Counted from the first letter of the stretch, positions 9,291-21,115 are shown. The stretch is 64,000 nucleotides of DNA from an uncultured Bdellovibrio sp. (GCA_963932905.1 CAWVRN010000010.1:54809-118808); one strand, 5' to 3'. Translations and numbers: made by a program. Notes: generated from the sequence alone by a model not told the origin.

Positions 9291-11255
9291 TTACAGCTTT
9301 ACGTTTTTGCACTCAGGGCCGACATAGGCCTGAGGGTGAACGATACATTTTGTCTGTAACTTCAAGGCTTTAAGGACATTACAGTCCAAACGAGCATGCC
9401 AGTGGTTACCGTGAGCATCGTCTTCAACGATTAACTTGGTTAAAATCTTGGCAGCTGGGGATGCCGTATCTGTTTTAGACGGCAAATCGCCCGCTTTTAA
9501 GGCTTGTTTACACATTTCATTCTTCACATTGCGGTTCACGTAGATAACTTCGATGTGTGAAAATTCGTGTACGGCTTTGATCAAGCGCCATTGTTCTGCT
9601 GCTAGAAATTCACTGTGCGTGTAACCGCCTTTATTTGGAATATCGATACGATTCATGACCAGTTTTGGATTGCGTGTTAAATACGCTAGATCGATGTCCA
9701 TACCGGTTTTGTGACTTGCATGACTACCGATGCGACCGCCAGACCGAGCCGCCGTATCAGCGACCGACAATATCACACCACTCACATTTTCACGCAGCCA
9801 TGCACCAATATTAACGACCATTTCAACCACGTCATAGGTTCCATAGTGACGTTTCTTAGTTGGCCATAAAACTTGGAAGCCCGCATTTGGACCCAGCTTT
9901 TGCGCAGCTTCCAGAATACTGCTGGATTCAGTCAGGTATAACATTTTTTTAATATCCGCCATCCAGCGACCCGTGTTTGGCTTACCCCAGGCCTGATCGA
10001 TTGGGCGTGAACCGTCGGGCGTCGTCGGTGTCACCGGCGGCTTAGGGTTGGCAGGTTTAGGGGCTGGGGTCGTTGTCACTGGCGGTTTCGGCGCCGGTGT
10101 TCCTGGCTTAGGCGCTGGCGTCGGCGTTACCGGCGGTTTCGTCGCCGGTGTCCCTGGCTTAGGAGCTGGGGTTGGTTTTGGTTCAGGTTTTGTTGGTGTG
10201 CCTTGCGGCTTGGTTTCTGGTTTAGTGTCATCAAAGTCAGGCAACGGTGGCGGCTGCTGTCCGTCTTTTTCCGGAATTTTTTCTTCACCCGTTAATTTAG
10301 GAACGGCTTTGATTTTCTTTTGTGTTTTGAAGAACGATTTTTTCTGTTCTTCCACTTCTTTGCTAACATCAGGATACAACGTCGCTACGTCATCGATACT
10401 TGGCTCAGCAAAATAGTATGGTAGTTCATCCATAGAATTTGGATCTGACACGCCTTCAATTACCCCTTTTTTCTGAGCTTTCTCGTAGTCCGATAATTCT
10501 TCATCAGGAACATTTTCAAAGATAGGATCTGGAATCGTGCTAGGCGCATTCTCATTTTTTTTGATTTCACTATAAAGAATATCTTTTGAAATTAATTGAT
10601 CCGTGTAGAAAGTATCTTGATGACGATAATAAAAGTCGATCGTTAGACGACGACAGAAATCACCTGTTGTATCCAACTTACCAGTATCATCGGCAGAAGC
10701 ACTGGTAGAACAAACAGCTTTTGCACGAAACAAATCTTTTATCGCTGATTTTTCATCTACGATTTTTAATGGAATTTCTCCGCTAGAAATTGGACCACGT
10801 AAAATAAATTCGAATGGATTGCCGTCATTGAAAACAACGTCCCCTTTAACCTCGAGCTGGTTAGCTACGGAATCAAAATGGTGAGACACTTTGCTAAGCC
10901 TTAATTTTCCGCGGATAAGTTTCAATGTTTTGCCGGAGTCTTGACCCATGGGCATTGAATCGATCACTTGATCTTTCTTCAGTCCAGGAACCTCTTTGAT
11001 ACGAAAGAAATCGCCAACATCGTCGTATTTGTTAGGAATATCTTGTACCCAGATTTCTGAAACAGCCGCTGCTTGTTCTTTTTTAGAATCTGAATTTCCT
11101 GAATTCGCAGGATTAGTCGAATCTGCCGATGCCGGTGGTGTTTCCAACGCTTTAACTGTAGAGGGCTCTAATGTTTTAAAATTGCGTCCGCAGGCCGCTA
11201 CATAAGCTAGAATTATCAGGTAGATTAGATATTTAATTCGGCTCAATTGATTCAC
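9291..11255 (-). CDS. Lipoprotein with Pro-rich linker and C-terminal MepA-like (penicillin-insensitive murein endopeptidase) domain
   Basis: Lipobox VAAC; HYGT, GGRIGSHASHKTGMDIDL and HGNHWHARL metallopeptidase motifs. GTG start with GGAG SD. Confidence 0.82.
   Translation of the reverse strand: MNQLSRIKYLIYLIILAYVAACGRNFKTLEPSTVKALETPPASADSTNPANSGNSDSKKEQAAAVSEIWVQDIPNKYDDVGDFFRIKEVPGLKKDQVIDSMPMGQDSGKTLKLIRGKLRLSKVSHHFDSVANQLEVKGDVVFNDGNPFEFILRGPISSGEIPLKIVDEKSAIKDLFRAKAVCSTSASADDTGKLDTTGDFCRRLTIDFYYRHQDTFYTDQLISKDILYSEIKKNENAPSTIPDPIFENVPDEELSDYEKAQKKGVIEGVSDPNSMDELPYYFAEPSIDDVATLYPDVSKEVEEQKKSFFKTQKKIKAVPKLTGEEKIPEKDGQQPPPLPDFDDTKPETKPQGTPTKPEPKPTPAPKPGTPATKPPVTPTPAPKPGTPAPKPPVTTTPAPKPANPKPPVTPTTPDGSRPIDQAWGKPNTGRWMADIKKMLYLTESSSILEAAQKLGPNAGFQVLWPTKKRHYGTYDVVEMVVNIGAWLRENVSGVILSVADTAARSGGRIGSHASHKTGMDIDLAYLTRNPKLVMNRIDIPNKGGYTHSEFLAAEQWRLIKAVHEFSHIEVIYVNRNVKNEMCKQALKAGDLPSKTDTASPAAKILTKLIVEDDAHGNHWHARLDCNVLKALKLQTKCIVHPQAYVGPECKNVKL
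10020..10190 (-). repeat. About 3 copies of a ~51 bp (17 aa) Pro/Thr/Lys-rich coding repeat
   Basis: PAPKPGTPATKPPVTPT / PAPKPGTPAPKPPVTTT / PAPKPANPKPPVTPT. Confidence 0.85.
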
Positions 11256-11290
11256 AACAAACGCTCCTCGCAGCTACTTTCAATAGCCAG

Positions 11291-11306
11291 TGCAGATCTC
11301 ATACCT
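11291..11306 (-). promoter_or_regulatory. Putative sigma54 (-24/-12) promoter of the MepA-like gene
   Basis: AGGTATGAGATCTGCA is GG-N10-GC, about 36 nt upstream of the GTG. Confidence 0.5.
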
Positions 11307-11489
11307 AACGATAAAGAGTATTTAACAATTCAGACCGCTTTAACTGCCATTGGTTAAATATTGAGAGCCAATTTCAGTAAAACTGTCTAGCCAGAATTGT
11401 CACTTCTTAATCGTTAGCCAGTCAAAACAAAATAAACAGCTCCTCTGCGTGGTATTAAAGTTGTTTATACAAACCAGATCGGAGCTCAC

Positions 11490-14048
11490 GTGTGTTCAAA
11501 AACCGGTCTGTATCTATATATCGTCGCTGCCTGTTTATTGTTTCAAGCATCGACCTTCGCGTTAGACCTCACCCCCGAATCAAAACTTAGAAAAATCAGC
11601 TATCAAATGCGAGGTACGCCACCCAGCCAAGCTGACTTTAGCGAACTTGCGAAAAACAAAACGAGTGAATCGGCTCTAGATTCCTTTTTTAACAAAAAAG
11701 TTGAAGAATATTACCAATCACCATGGACAGCGTCTCGGTTGGCTGAAAAAATTTTTGAAGATTGGCGCATGGAAAATACCGGTGAAGAGCTAAGTCAGGC
11801 CCAGGCGGAACAAGTCGGTTCAGACTTGGTACTTAAGCACCCAACATCATCGACATCAGATACAGCCCTTATTAAGAGTATCCAATCTTCGTTGGCTAAT
11901 GGAGATTCATGGAATCAGGTATTGATCTCCACGGGATTTTTAAAAACTTTGAAGCTGGCGAATGTACTGAACCAACTTAGCTCTAGTTTCAATTACTACG
12001 GTTCAACACGAATTGAATCATTTAAACAAGATGCCATTAATAAAGGTAAAAAAATAGACACGGATGCTGACGTTTTAGCGTTAATGGACGAATTTGAAAA
12101 ATCAACTGCGACTCTTTCTGATACCGAACGAGCTAACAATTTTGCAAGCTTTTCCTTGCCCACGCCATTTTATAAAAATTCGCATTTAGATAAAAAATTT
12201 GCCGTACTACTATTTCAAGGCGCCCTCAAAACAACATCACCAAGACATCCTGAACTTTTAAACTATTTAAAACAACTGCCAGATGTTGAGGGCTTTATTG
12301 CAAAAGTGGGATCTAGTTACTATATAAAATCGCCAACGGAAACGACTCAAACCACCGTAACCAGCACTGCCGAACTACCTCAATTGATTTTCAGTCATTC
12401 AAGCGTGACGGCTCGATATCAAAAAACAATTTACAGCAAAGCAGCGGCTTTTTTTAGAATCTATCTTTGCGATGATATGCAACAAGTAGCTCTTCCAGGA
12501 CCGGGATCAAAAAGCCAGGAAGTTTTTAAAATTATACACATGCCCCAGGCGGCAAGCGCCCCAACGTCAGGCTTAGAATCGGCACCACCACCACCCACCT
12601 CTGTGACTACAACACTTTTATCCGCAGAGGCAATGAAAGCCAAACAACACGTTCAGCCACAGTGTTTAGGGTGCCATAGTAAACTTGACCCGATGGAATC
12701 AATTTATAATAACAAATTTAAACGCCTGTCTCCGACGAACGCTGCCCCTATACCATTTAACTTTGTTTACGATGATTACACGGGAAAGTCGATTACGATA
12801 ACCGTCCCCAATATCGATGACTTGCCAACCGTGATTTCTAAACAACCACAGTATATTCGTTGCCAAAGTGAAAAATTTTGGAATTGGTATATTGGTACGG
12901 ATGTGCCGTTGAGTCCAAAAAATCGTGCCGATTTAGAAAAAGTGTATGTAGCAAATGAATCAAAACCGCTAGAAATCATCAAGTATTTGGTGAACTTAAA
13001 ATCTTACACTTCAGACTCTTTTTTGTCTGAGCCCAGACAATTTAACAATGTTCGTCCTATTTTTCAAAAATGCCATGGCTGTCACAAATCAGACACAACC
13101 ATCCCATCTTTACTAGAAACTCCGTTCAATTTAAATAGAACCACTGACGCTGAAAAAATGGCCGACCATTTTGACATAATGAAAAGCATAGTTAAGTTAA
13201 CCAATATCTTGGGTGACCAAAAAGGTATAAAGATGCCTACTAAGGATGCCGGATGGAAAATTTCTGAAGCAGAACGAAAAACATTAATCAAATGGATTGC
13301 TGAAGGGGCCAAAGACGAAAACGGCGTGGATACGCTAACAGTCGAACAGAAAAACAAAATTTTAGCCCCGGCTTCTGCCGCCTTGATGTCAACAATCAAC
13401 CAGCCCAGCGTCGTTGAACCGACGCTACGACCGACATGGCAACATGTTTTAAGCTACAGCGAAATTTTAAAAACCGTTCCAGTGAAAATTTTCATAAATA
13501 CGACGACAAGCGAATCTTGTTTTTCAGATATTATAAATAAAAAGTATGTTTTAGGCCATATTGATCTGTACACGGCCCTACCAATTTCAGATCAACCTGA
13601 CAATGCCTATCGCGAAATTTACAGAAAATGCGTTATCAAATTATTAAATATGTCTAAGACAAGTTTAAAAAACGGACAGTTGATGGCAATTTCGAGTGAG
13701 GATGTTTTGAAAAACACAGATCTAGCTATGCGCCTTCGCGCGAGCGGACTTTTGAAATTAGCGACTTCGACATTCGCCACTAACGGAAACGAAAATGTGT
13801 TTAGCATTCTTTCAAAGACGAAATGGAACGATCTTAAAACGGAACAAAAGCTAAGCATTATCCAAGAACAAATCGGATTTATCTTAGGACCAAATTTAAA
13901 TCATGTTCCAGCTGAAATGGATTTAGATCAAAATATTCTAAAAGCTGTCGATCGTGTCTCGGTCAAAAACGGCTCTGATGATGTTATTTCCGCATCGTAT
14001 TTCTCGCTTTACTACATTTATAACTCTAACTCATTCTTGGTCTATTAG
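11490..14048 (+). CDS. Large secreted protein with two CxxCH motifs (planctomycete-type cytochrome c / PSD-like)
   Basis: Signal peptide (..STFA|LD); QCLGCHSKLDP and CHGCH...MP...SEAERKTLIKWIAEGA. Confidence 0.65.
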   Translation: MCSKTGLYLYIVAACLLFQASTFALDLTPESKLRKISYQMRGTPPSQADFSELAKNKTSESALDSFFNKKVEEYYQSPWTASRLAEKIFEDWRMENTGEELSQAQAEQVGSDLVLKHPTSSTSDTALIKSIQSSLANGDSWNQVLISTGFLKTLKLANVLNQLSSSFNYYGSTRIESFKQDAINKGKKIDTDADVLALMDEFEKSTATLSDTERANNFASFSLPTPFYKNSHLDKKFAVLLFQGALKTTSPRHPELLNYLKQLPDVEGFIAKVGSSYYIKSPTETTQTTVTSTAELPQLIFSHSSVTARYQKTIYSKAAAFFRIYLCDDMQQVALPGPGSKSQEVFKIIHMPQAASAPTSGLESAPPPPTSVTTTLLSAEAMKAKQHVQPQCLGCHSKLDPMESIYNNKFKRLSPTNAAPIPFNFVYDDYTGKSITITVPNIDDLPTVISKQPQYIRCQSEKFWNWYIGTDVPLSPKNRADLEKVYVANESKPLEIIKYLVNLKSYTSDSFLSEPRQFNNVRPIFQKCHGCHKSDTTIPSLLETPFNLNRTTDAEKMADHFDIMKSIVKLTNILGDQKGIKMPTKDAGWKISEAERKTLIKWIAEGAKDENGVDTLTVEQKNKILAPASAALMSTINQPSVVEPTLRPTWQHVLSYSEILKTVPVKIFINTTTSESCFSDIINKKYVLGHIDLYTALPISDQPDNAYREIYRKCVIKLLNMSKTSLKNGQLMAISSEDVLKNTDLAMRLRASGLLKLATSTFATNGNENVFSILSKTKWNDLKTEQKLSIIQEQIGFILGPNLNHVPAEMDLDQNILKAVDRVSVKNGSDDVISASYFSLYYIYNSNSFLVY

Positions 14049-14058
14049 GTGGTCGCAA

Positions 14059-15402
14059 ATGATTAAAATGGATAGACGACAATTTATTCAAGCTGCCATC
14101 AATGCTGGTTTAGTTTATTCAGTTAACTCGTTGATGCCATCCTCATTGCTGGCGCAGGAATCAGATCCTGACAAACTTCTTTTGATCCTTAGATTTAATG
14201 GTGGTTGGGACACATTGATGATGGCAGACGCGCGTACAAAAGAATTTTTAAACACAGCTGCGTTCTCGACATCCGAGTTTCTAGCATTTGATGAACGTGC
14301 GGCGGTAAAACAGTACAAGGATGCCCAATTGGGAGTCTGCATGGAGCCACTGTCCGGCTACTTTGATGACCTATGTATTATCAATGGCATCATGATGAAT
14401 TTGCAATCCAGCGCTCACGAAACAAATCGTGAATACATGGCATCTGGAAATATAACCTCTAGCACGACATTTTTTCCTTTTGCTCTGGCGCAAGCAATGC
14501 AGAAACCCAGTTACCGCATCGGCTATCATATGGAATACGAAACTCTGCGGGACGGAAATTTTGAAGAGAAAGTTTCCACCAAAAATTTAAACTCATTTTC
14601 GGAATCCACTGAAGACCCTTACGAATCGGTACTAGACGATGATACGCCAGCGGCATCCTTCCAGAAAAATGTTCTAGCTCAAAAGCGTAAAGAAAAAGAG
14701 ACCATCGAAATACTTAATAAACTGGTCGATAAAATAAACAAAGACGCTCCAGCCACTGAAACGGGCTTGGTTCAATCTTCGCTGGCATTAGCGGGACTTG
14801 GCTCAGGCTTTCTGAAGATGGCTCAAGTCGATATCACTAACGATTTTTCTCTAGATACACATAGCAACCATAAGTCTAATCATATAAAAAATTTGAGTAC
14901 TGGTTTTGAACATGTAGCAAAGCTCATTAAATTTATGAAAGAAACCCCGTACAAATTAAATTCGTCGTTAAATAAGAGTCTTTTTGACGTCACGACCGTT
15001 GTAATGACCAGTGAATTTGCACGGACGTCCTCCCCAGACGGGTTTGATGGCACTGGCCACAATCAATATAACAACTCATGCATTTTGTTTGGCGGGAACG
15101 TAAGAGGCGGCACTATAATAGGCGGCTCACACATCTATAAAACATCAGAAATAAAAGCATCCTCTGACATCAGTGGCAGTTTGTATCATGCACTGCCGTT
15201 TAATTTTCAAACTCAAAAACCAATGACCAAAACCGAAATATCGGCCATTGCTTTGGATACTTTTGGCAATTGCAAACCAACCAGCTGTTATGATTATATT
15301 TATCCGGAAACTATCTGGCGCACCATTGCTCAGAACTTTGGTGTGAATTCGGTTAGTACGTTCCCGACTGGAACGACTCTAAAAAACGTTTTTAAAAGCT
15401 AG
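14059..15402 (+). CDS. DUF1501 domain protein with twin-arginine signal
   Basis: MDRRQFIQ, LRFNGGWD, LDTHSNH, VVMTSEFART, GTGH and LFGGNVRGG motifs. AGGTGG SD before ATG 14059. Confidence 0.85.
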   Translation: MIKMDRRQFIQAAINAGLVYSVNSLMPSSLLAQESDPDKLLLILRFNGGWDTLMMADARTKEFLNTAAFSTSEFLAFDERAAVKQYKDAQLGVCMEPLSGYFDDLCIINGIMMNLQSSAHETNREYMASGNITSSTTFFPFALAQAMQKPSYRIGYHMEYETLRDGNFEEKVSTKNLNSFSESTEDPYESVLDDDTPAASFQKNVLAQKRKEKETIEILNKLVDKINKDAPATETGLVQSSLALAGLGSGFLKMAQVDITNDFSLDTHSNHKSNHIKNLSTGFEHVAKLIKFMKETPYKLNSSLNKSLFDVTTVVMTSEFARTSSPDGFDGTGHNQYNNSCILFGGNVRGGTIIGGSHIYKTSEIKASSDISGSLYHALPFNFQTQKPMTKTEISAIALDTFGNCKPTSCYDYIYPETIWRTIAQNFGVNSVSTFPTGTTLKNVFKS

Positions 15403-15563
15403 TTTGTCTTCACGGCCCACCGTCTTCATTGGCGAGGTAATACTGGAAGTTTGTGGTATCTGATTCGAAATAACACAAAAACACTGGCCATAACCGCCAT
15501 AAAAACCACGGTTATGGTATGAAAGCGGACTTTTGGAAGCTCCGCTAGTAAAAGTTTGAAATT

Positions 15564-16223
15564 CTATTCTTTGTCGTCAGCTTCGTCTTCTTGATCTTTT
15601 TTCGGAGCTGCGTTTTTCTTTGGATGTTTCTTTTCGTATTCTTTGATCTTTGCTGGATCTGGCGCAAGCAACGTGTACATTTGCTTACCTTCGAAACGTG
15701 GCGTTGTTTCCACCATCGCTAAGTCTTCAACAAACGCGATCGCTTTTCTCATTAGTTCCATACCAAATTCTTGATGAGCTAATTCACGACCTAAGAAACG
15801 CATATTGATTTTAACCTTATCACCTTCCAGAAGGAAACTGCGAGCATGTTTCATTTTAGTTTCGAAATCGTGGATGTCCGTACGCGGGCGCATTTGAATT
15901 TCTTTGATCACAATGACTGTCTGTTTTTTTCGAGACGCCGCTTGTTTCTTTTTATTTTCGTATTTCCACTTGCCGTAATCCATGATTTTGCATGTTGGCG
16001 GCGTAGCCGTTGGAGCAATTTCTAACAAGTCCAGGCCTTTTTCTTCAGCGATACGAATTGCTTCAGGAACTGTCATCACGCCAAGCATTTGCCCTTCATC
16101 ATCGATCACTCGAATTTGTTGAGCACGAATCTCGCGGTTAACACGAAGACCATCTTTGTCCTCTTTTTTCTTAAAACGATCGCCACCTTTTGAAAAACTA
16201 CCTCTGTTTTCGAACTTATTAAT
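15564..16223 (-). CDS. infC: Translation initiation factor IF-3 (ATT start codon)
   Basis: RVNREIRA...PPTCKIMDYGK...KEIQMRP. GGAGG (16230-16234) lies 6 nt before an in-frame ATT at 16223. Confidence 0.95.
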   Translation of the reverse strand: MNKFENRGSFSKGGDRFKKKEDKDGLRVNREIRAQQIRVIDDEGQMLGVMTVPEAIRIAEEKGLDLLEIAPTATPPTCKIMDYGKWKYENKKKQAASRKKQTVIVIKEIQMRPRTDIHDFETKMKHARSFLLEGDKVKINMRFLGRELAHQEFGMELMRKAIAFVEDLAMVETTPRFEGKQMYTLLAPDPAKIKEYEKKHPKKNAAPKKDQEDEADDKE

Positions 16224-16257
16224 GGGAAACCTCCACTTATATTGTTTAAAGCCTTTT

Positions 16258-16321
16258 AGGGTACCTCCTAACATTCTGGTACCCAGCGCGTCACCTCAAT
16301 GACACGCTGGGTACCAGAATG

Positions 16322-16335
<14 letters not shown>
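16258..16335. repeat. Perfect 31 bp inverted repeat between thrS and infC
   Basis: agggtacctcctaacattctggtacccagcg (16258-16288) is the exact reverse complement of 16305-16335. Confidence 0.95.
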
Positions 16336-18262
<1,927 letters not shown>

Positions 18263-18417
18263 TAAGAAGCCGTTAACACTGTGAAAGAAGCTGATAAGAT
18301 ATTAGATAGATTCATCATTAAATAATGCGCCATTTTTCAGAAAAAGTAACATAAAGGGTTATCTTTTCAAATTCTTTAGCCAAGTGAGCACGGCGCGTCA
18401 TTTTCAACGAAATCAGT

Positions 18418-20355
18418 TTAGACCAACCAAACCAGACGCATACGAACCATCCATTTATGAAGGGTGTCCACATTTTTCGCAATCCACACCTTAGCTGCGC
18501 CCAAGTTAGGGTGCGTACGGATCGCATGGTATTCATCAGATCCCCAAACGTGAGAATCTTGAATCAATTGATCCACAAAAGACTTAATCTTTGCCGAATG
18601 ATCTGGGCTGACGATAAACAGCCCTAATTCTGAGTTCAAAAACTGTGAACGAGGGTCGGCATTGTACGTTGTTACGAACGAAGCCTCCAGCGATTTCATG
18701 TGCGCACCTTTAGCATGCAATTTCCCATAGGCTTTATCGCCGCCAATGTCTTTAGAATCCAAGCGGCCATATTCATACAGCTCGACCTGTTCAGCTCCGT
18801 AAGACTTAGTCTCGCCCTCAGCAGTTAAATATTCACGGTTTAACACCAATTGAGGCCCTAGGGTCGCGTCCACCAGAGTTTGCGCCGCCATATTGTCACT
18901 GGTCATAATGGAATTCGTTACGATCGTAAGTTTGCGCTCTGGATCGCTGCCCAGCCAACGTTTGATACGGCTGACTTGTTCCGGTGATAACCATAAATAG
19001 GGCGATACAATGGTAATATGTTTATCTTCCGACGATAAGTATTGATCCAACTCCTTATTGATATGATTCATATTCAATCCACGTCGTTTTTTCCCCGAAG
19101 CTTCATAAGGACTTTGATTTGTATCACGCATGACATTGTCGATAGTGTAGGATAAATCTACGCCACCTTTATCAAAACCTTCAGTTAAATACCGTTTACC
19201 AAAATCGGCTGAAGCGAAATCTTCCCCCAGCAATTCTTGCGATTCTTTTGTGATTTCGTCCACCGTCTTTGCGGCAGAATCCATCAAGGCATAGTGTTTT
19301 TTAAATTTCATGAAACGACTGACAATATTAGTACTGACCACACGGTTACCAGAATGGAAGTATAACAAATCATACAAACTGCCGATATCCGTCGTGATCA
19401 CGTTACGATGTTGGCCGCGAACCAAGCTGGGGTTGTTTTTCACTATCACTTCCAAATCTGTAAATGTGTTTTCATCTACTTTAGGAATGCCGTAATAGTG
19501 GTTCCCAACGTTTCGACCACCAACGATGGCAACAGCCAGTTCTGGAAAATTCTGATCCGTAATTAAAATTTTATCATGCGAACGATGGTTAGGATTTACA
19601 AAGATAGTGTCTAGTTCTGGTTTACCAAACATTTTTAAAAATGAGTTCACTAATCCACGCATTGTTTTACGAACGACCCCCACAGCCAACTGAGTTGGGT
19701 TAAGTGATCGGAACGATACGATTTCAACTCGGGCCTTTTGATCAGTGATGTTACCGTATTTATCTTTCATGAAACCGGCATTTTTTTCAGCGAAATCCAC
19801 TAAAGCTTTAAATTCTGGATGAGTTAATCCCGCAGGATTAAAAGACCCCATTGAGTCAAACATGAAACGAACAGAAACACCCCGACGGATAGCTTCTTTT
19901 AATTCGTTTAAAATAACATAGCCACTTTCATCATTCTTATAAATATAATAGGTTAAATCGACCGTGTACTTTGCTTGACGAATCATCATGATTTTAGCCA
20001 ACAAAGCTTCCTGAGGTCCATTAACCTGCTTTACCAGGGCTTCTCTTAAAGCTAAATCTTTCTTGAATGCTTCTTTTAACTGCGTGTGGTTTGCAAACCA
20101 TGACTTGAATTCACGCGTGTCTAGCATCTTCTCGACACCAGAACGCTCATCTGATTCTTTATCTAATTTGAATTTAAAGACAGTCTTAAGCATCGTACGG
20201 AGGTTGCCATCAGCACGTGATTCCATACGAGATTTATGAAAAAGAAGGGCCCTATCACCAGAATAGAATTGCCGACATTCTGACGCCGCCCCATGAGCGA
20301 ACTGGACCAGCGGCAGGACGACTAGGATTAAAAATAGGAATTTTAGCTTTTTCAT
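18418..20355 (-). CDS. Secreted phospholipase D superfamily protein (ClsC/YmdC-like)
   Basis: Signal peptide; RSHDKILITD...GGRN first HKD motif; second motif LHAKGAHMK...YNADPRSQFLNSELG. Confidence 0.82.
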   Translation of the reverse strand: MKKLKFLFLILVVLPLVQFAHGAASECRQFYSGDRALLFHKSRMESRADGNLRTMLKTVFKFKLDKESDERSGVEKMLDTREFKSWFANHTQLKEAFKKDLALREALVKQVNGPQEALLAKIMMIRQAKYTVDLTYYIYKNDESGYVILNELKEAIRRGVSVRFMFDSMGSFNPAGLTHPEFKALVDFAEKNAGFMKDKYGNITDQKARVEIVSFRSLNPTQLAVGVVRKTMRGLVNSFLKMFGKPELDTIFVNPNHRSHDKILITDQNFPELAVAIVGGRNVGNHYYGIPKVDENTFTDLEVIVKNNPSLVRGQHRNVITTDIGSLYDLLYFHSGNRVVSTNIVSRFMKFKKHYALMDSAAKTVDEITKESQELLGEDFASADFGKRYLTEGFDKGGVDLSYTIDNVMRDTNQSPYEASGKKRRGLNMNHINKELDQYLSSEDKHITIVSPYLWLSPEQVSRIKRWLGSDPERKLTIVTNSIMTSDNMAAQTLVDATLGPQLVLNREYLTAEGETKSYGAEQVELYEYGRLDSKDIGGDKAYGKLHAKGAHMKSLEASFVTTYNADPRSQFLNSELGLFIVSPDHSAKIKSFVDQLIQDSHVWGSDEYHAIRTHPNLGAAKVWIAKNVDTLHKWMVRMRLVWLV

Positions 20356-20368
20356 TCTAAAAAGAGAA

Positions 20369-20384
20369 CTGCCAAAGGCATACC
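20369..20384 (-). promoter_or_regulatory. Putative sigma54 promoter of the PLD gene
   Basis: AGGTATGCCTTTGGCA is GG-N10-GC; upstream TGTCTTAAAATTAGACA palindrome at 20455-20471. Confidence 0.5.
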
Positions 20385-20464
20385 TTAATAAAATGAATTT
20401 TACGCGGTAATGATGATTTAAAACTGTCTAAAGTTTTAATAACTTTTGCGCAACTGTCTTAAAA

Positions 20465-21103
20465 TTAGACAACTCGAGAGATAAACTGCAGTCCACCGAT
20501 CCAACACTTGTCTCGGCACTGAGTCCAAGCGACTCGCGATTGCATACGAATTTTTTTACCGTCGTGGCTGACGTAATCGAGGACTACGAAGTCTTTCTTC
20601 TTGAACGATTCGTCGTTCATTTCGATGCGAGCACCATGAGCACTAAAGTGACTCACATTAACTCTAACGGCGTCATCTTCGCCTGACAATAAACTTAAAG
20701 TTCCACTGGTAAGTACTTGAAATCGCTCCCAACGGCGAAACAAAGGCTCTGGATTATGAAAAAATCGCTTTAATAAAATGTTGGTGATATTACGCTCTTC
20801 GGGGCTAATCAAAAGGATCTCTGATCCATGCAGTTTATTGATGATCGGCGATGGTTTTAGAGTTTGATAAAACACGATGAATTTAATTTTTTTTCCATAT
20901 CGCTCGCCCATGGACTTTAATTCAAGGTATTTTTTCTCGTTCACCTCTGAAAGTTCCATCAGGAAATGACGGGCCTTATCGGCGGGCTGACCAAGGATAC
21001 TTTTTAGAGTATCCTCATCAGGAACGGATTGAATGTTCCATTTTGAGATGACGTTAACGAGAGAACTATTTTGAGTCTGATGACCAAGCCAATATGCATT
21101 CAT
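20465..21103 (-). CDS. PilZ domain protein (c-di-GMP receptor-like)
   Basis: C-terminal RRWER (RxxxR), HFSAHG (variant of D/NxSxxG), VAW and GLQF. Confidence 0.8.
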   Translation of the reverse strand: MNAYWLGHQTQNSSLVNVISKWNIQSVPDEDTLKSILGQPADKARHFLMELSEVNEKKYLELKSMGERYGKKIKFIVFYQTLKPSPIINKLHGSEILLISPEERNITNILLKRFFHNPEPLFRRWERFQVLTSGTLSLLSGEDDAVRVNVSHFSAHGARIEMNDESFKKKDFVVLDYVSHDGKKIRMQSRVAWTQCRDKCWIGGLQFISRVV

Positions 21104-21115
21104 ATATTGATAAGA

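Noticed and set aside
10048..10416. 122 aa Gly/Val-rich plus-strand ORF
   Set aside because: Antisense shadow of the Pro-rich repeat in the MepA-like gene.
13954..14058. N-terminal extension of the DUF1501 ORF
   Set aside because: Overlaps the upstream gene; the SD and TAT motif support ATG 14059.
16224..16274. Extended infC N-terminus (MLGGTLKG...)
   Set aside because: This ATG lies inside the palindrome arm and has no suitable SD; GGAGG plus ATT at 16223 fits known IF3 biology.
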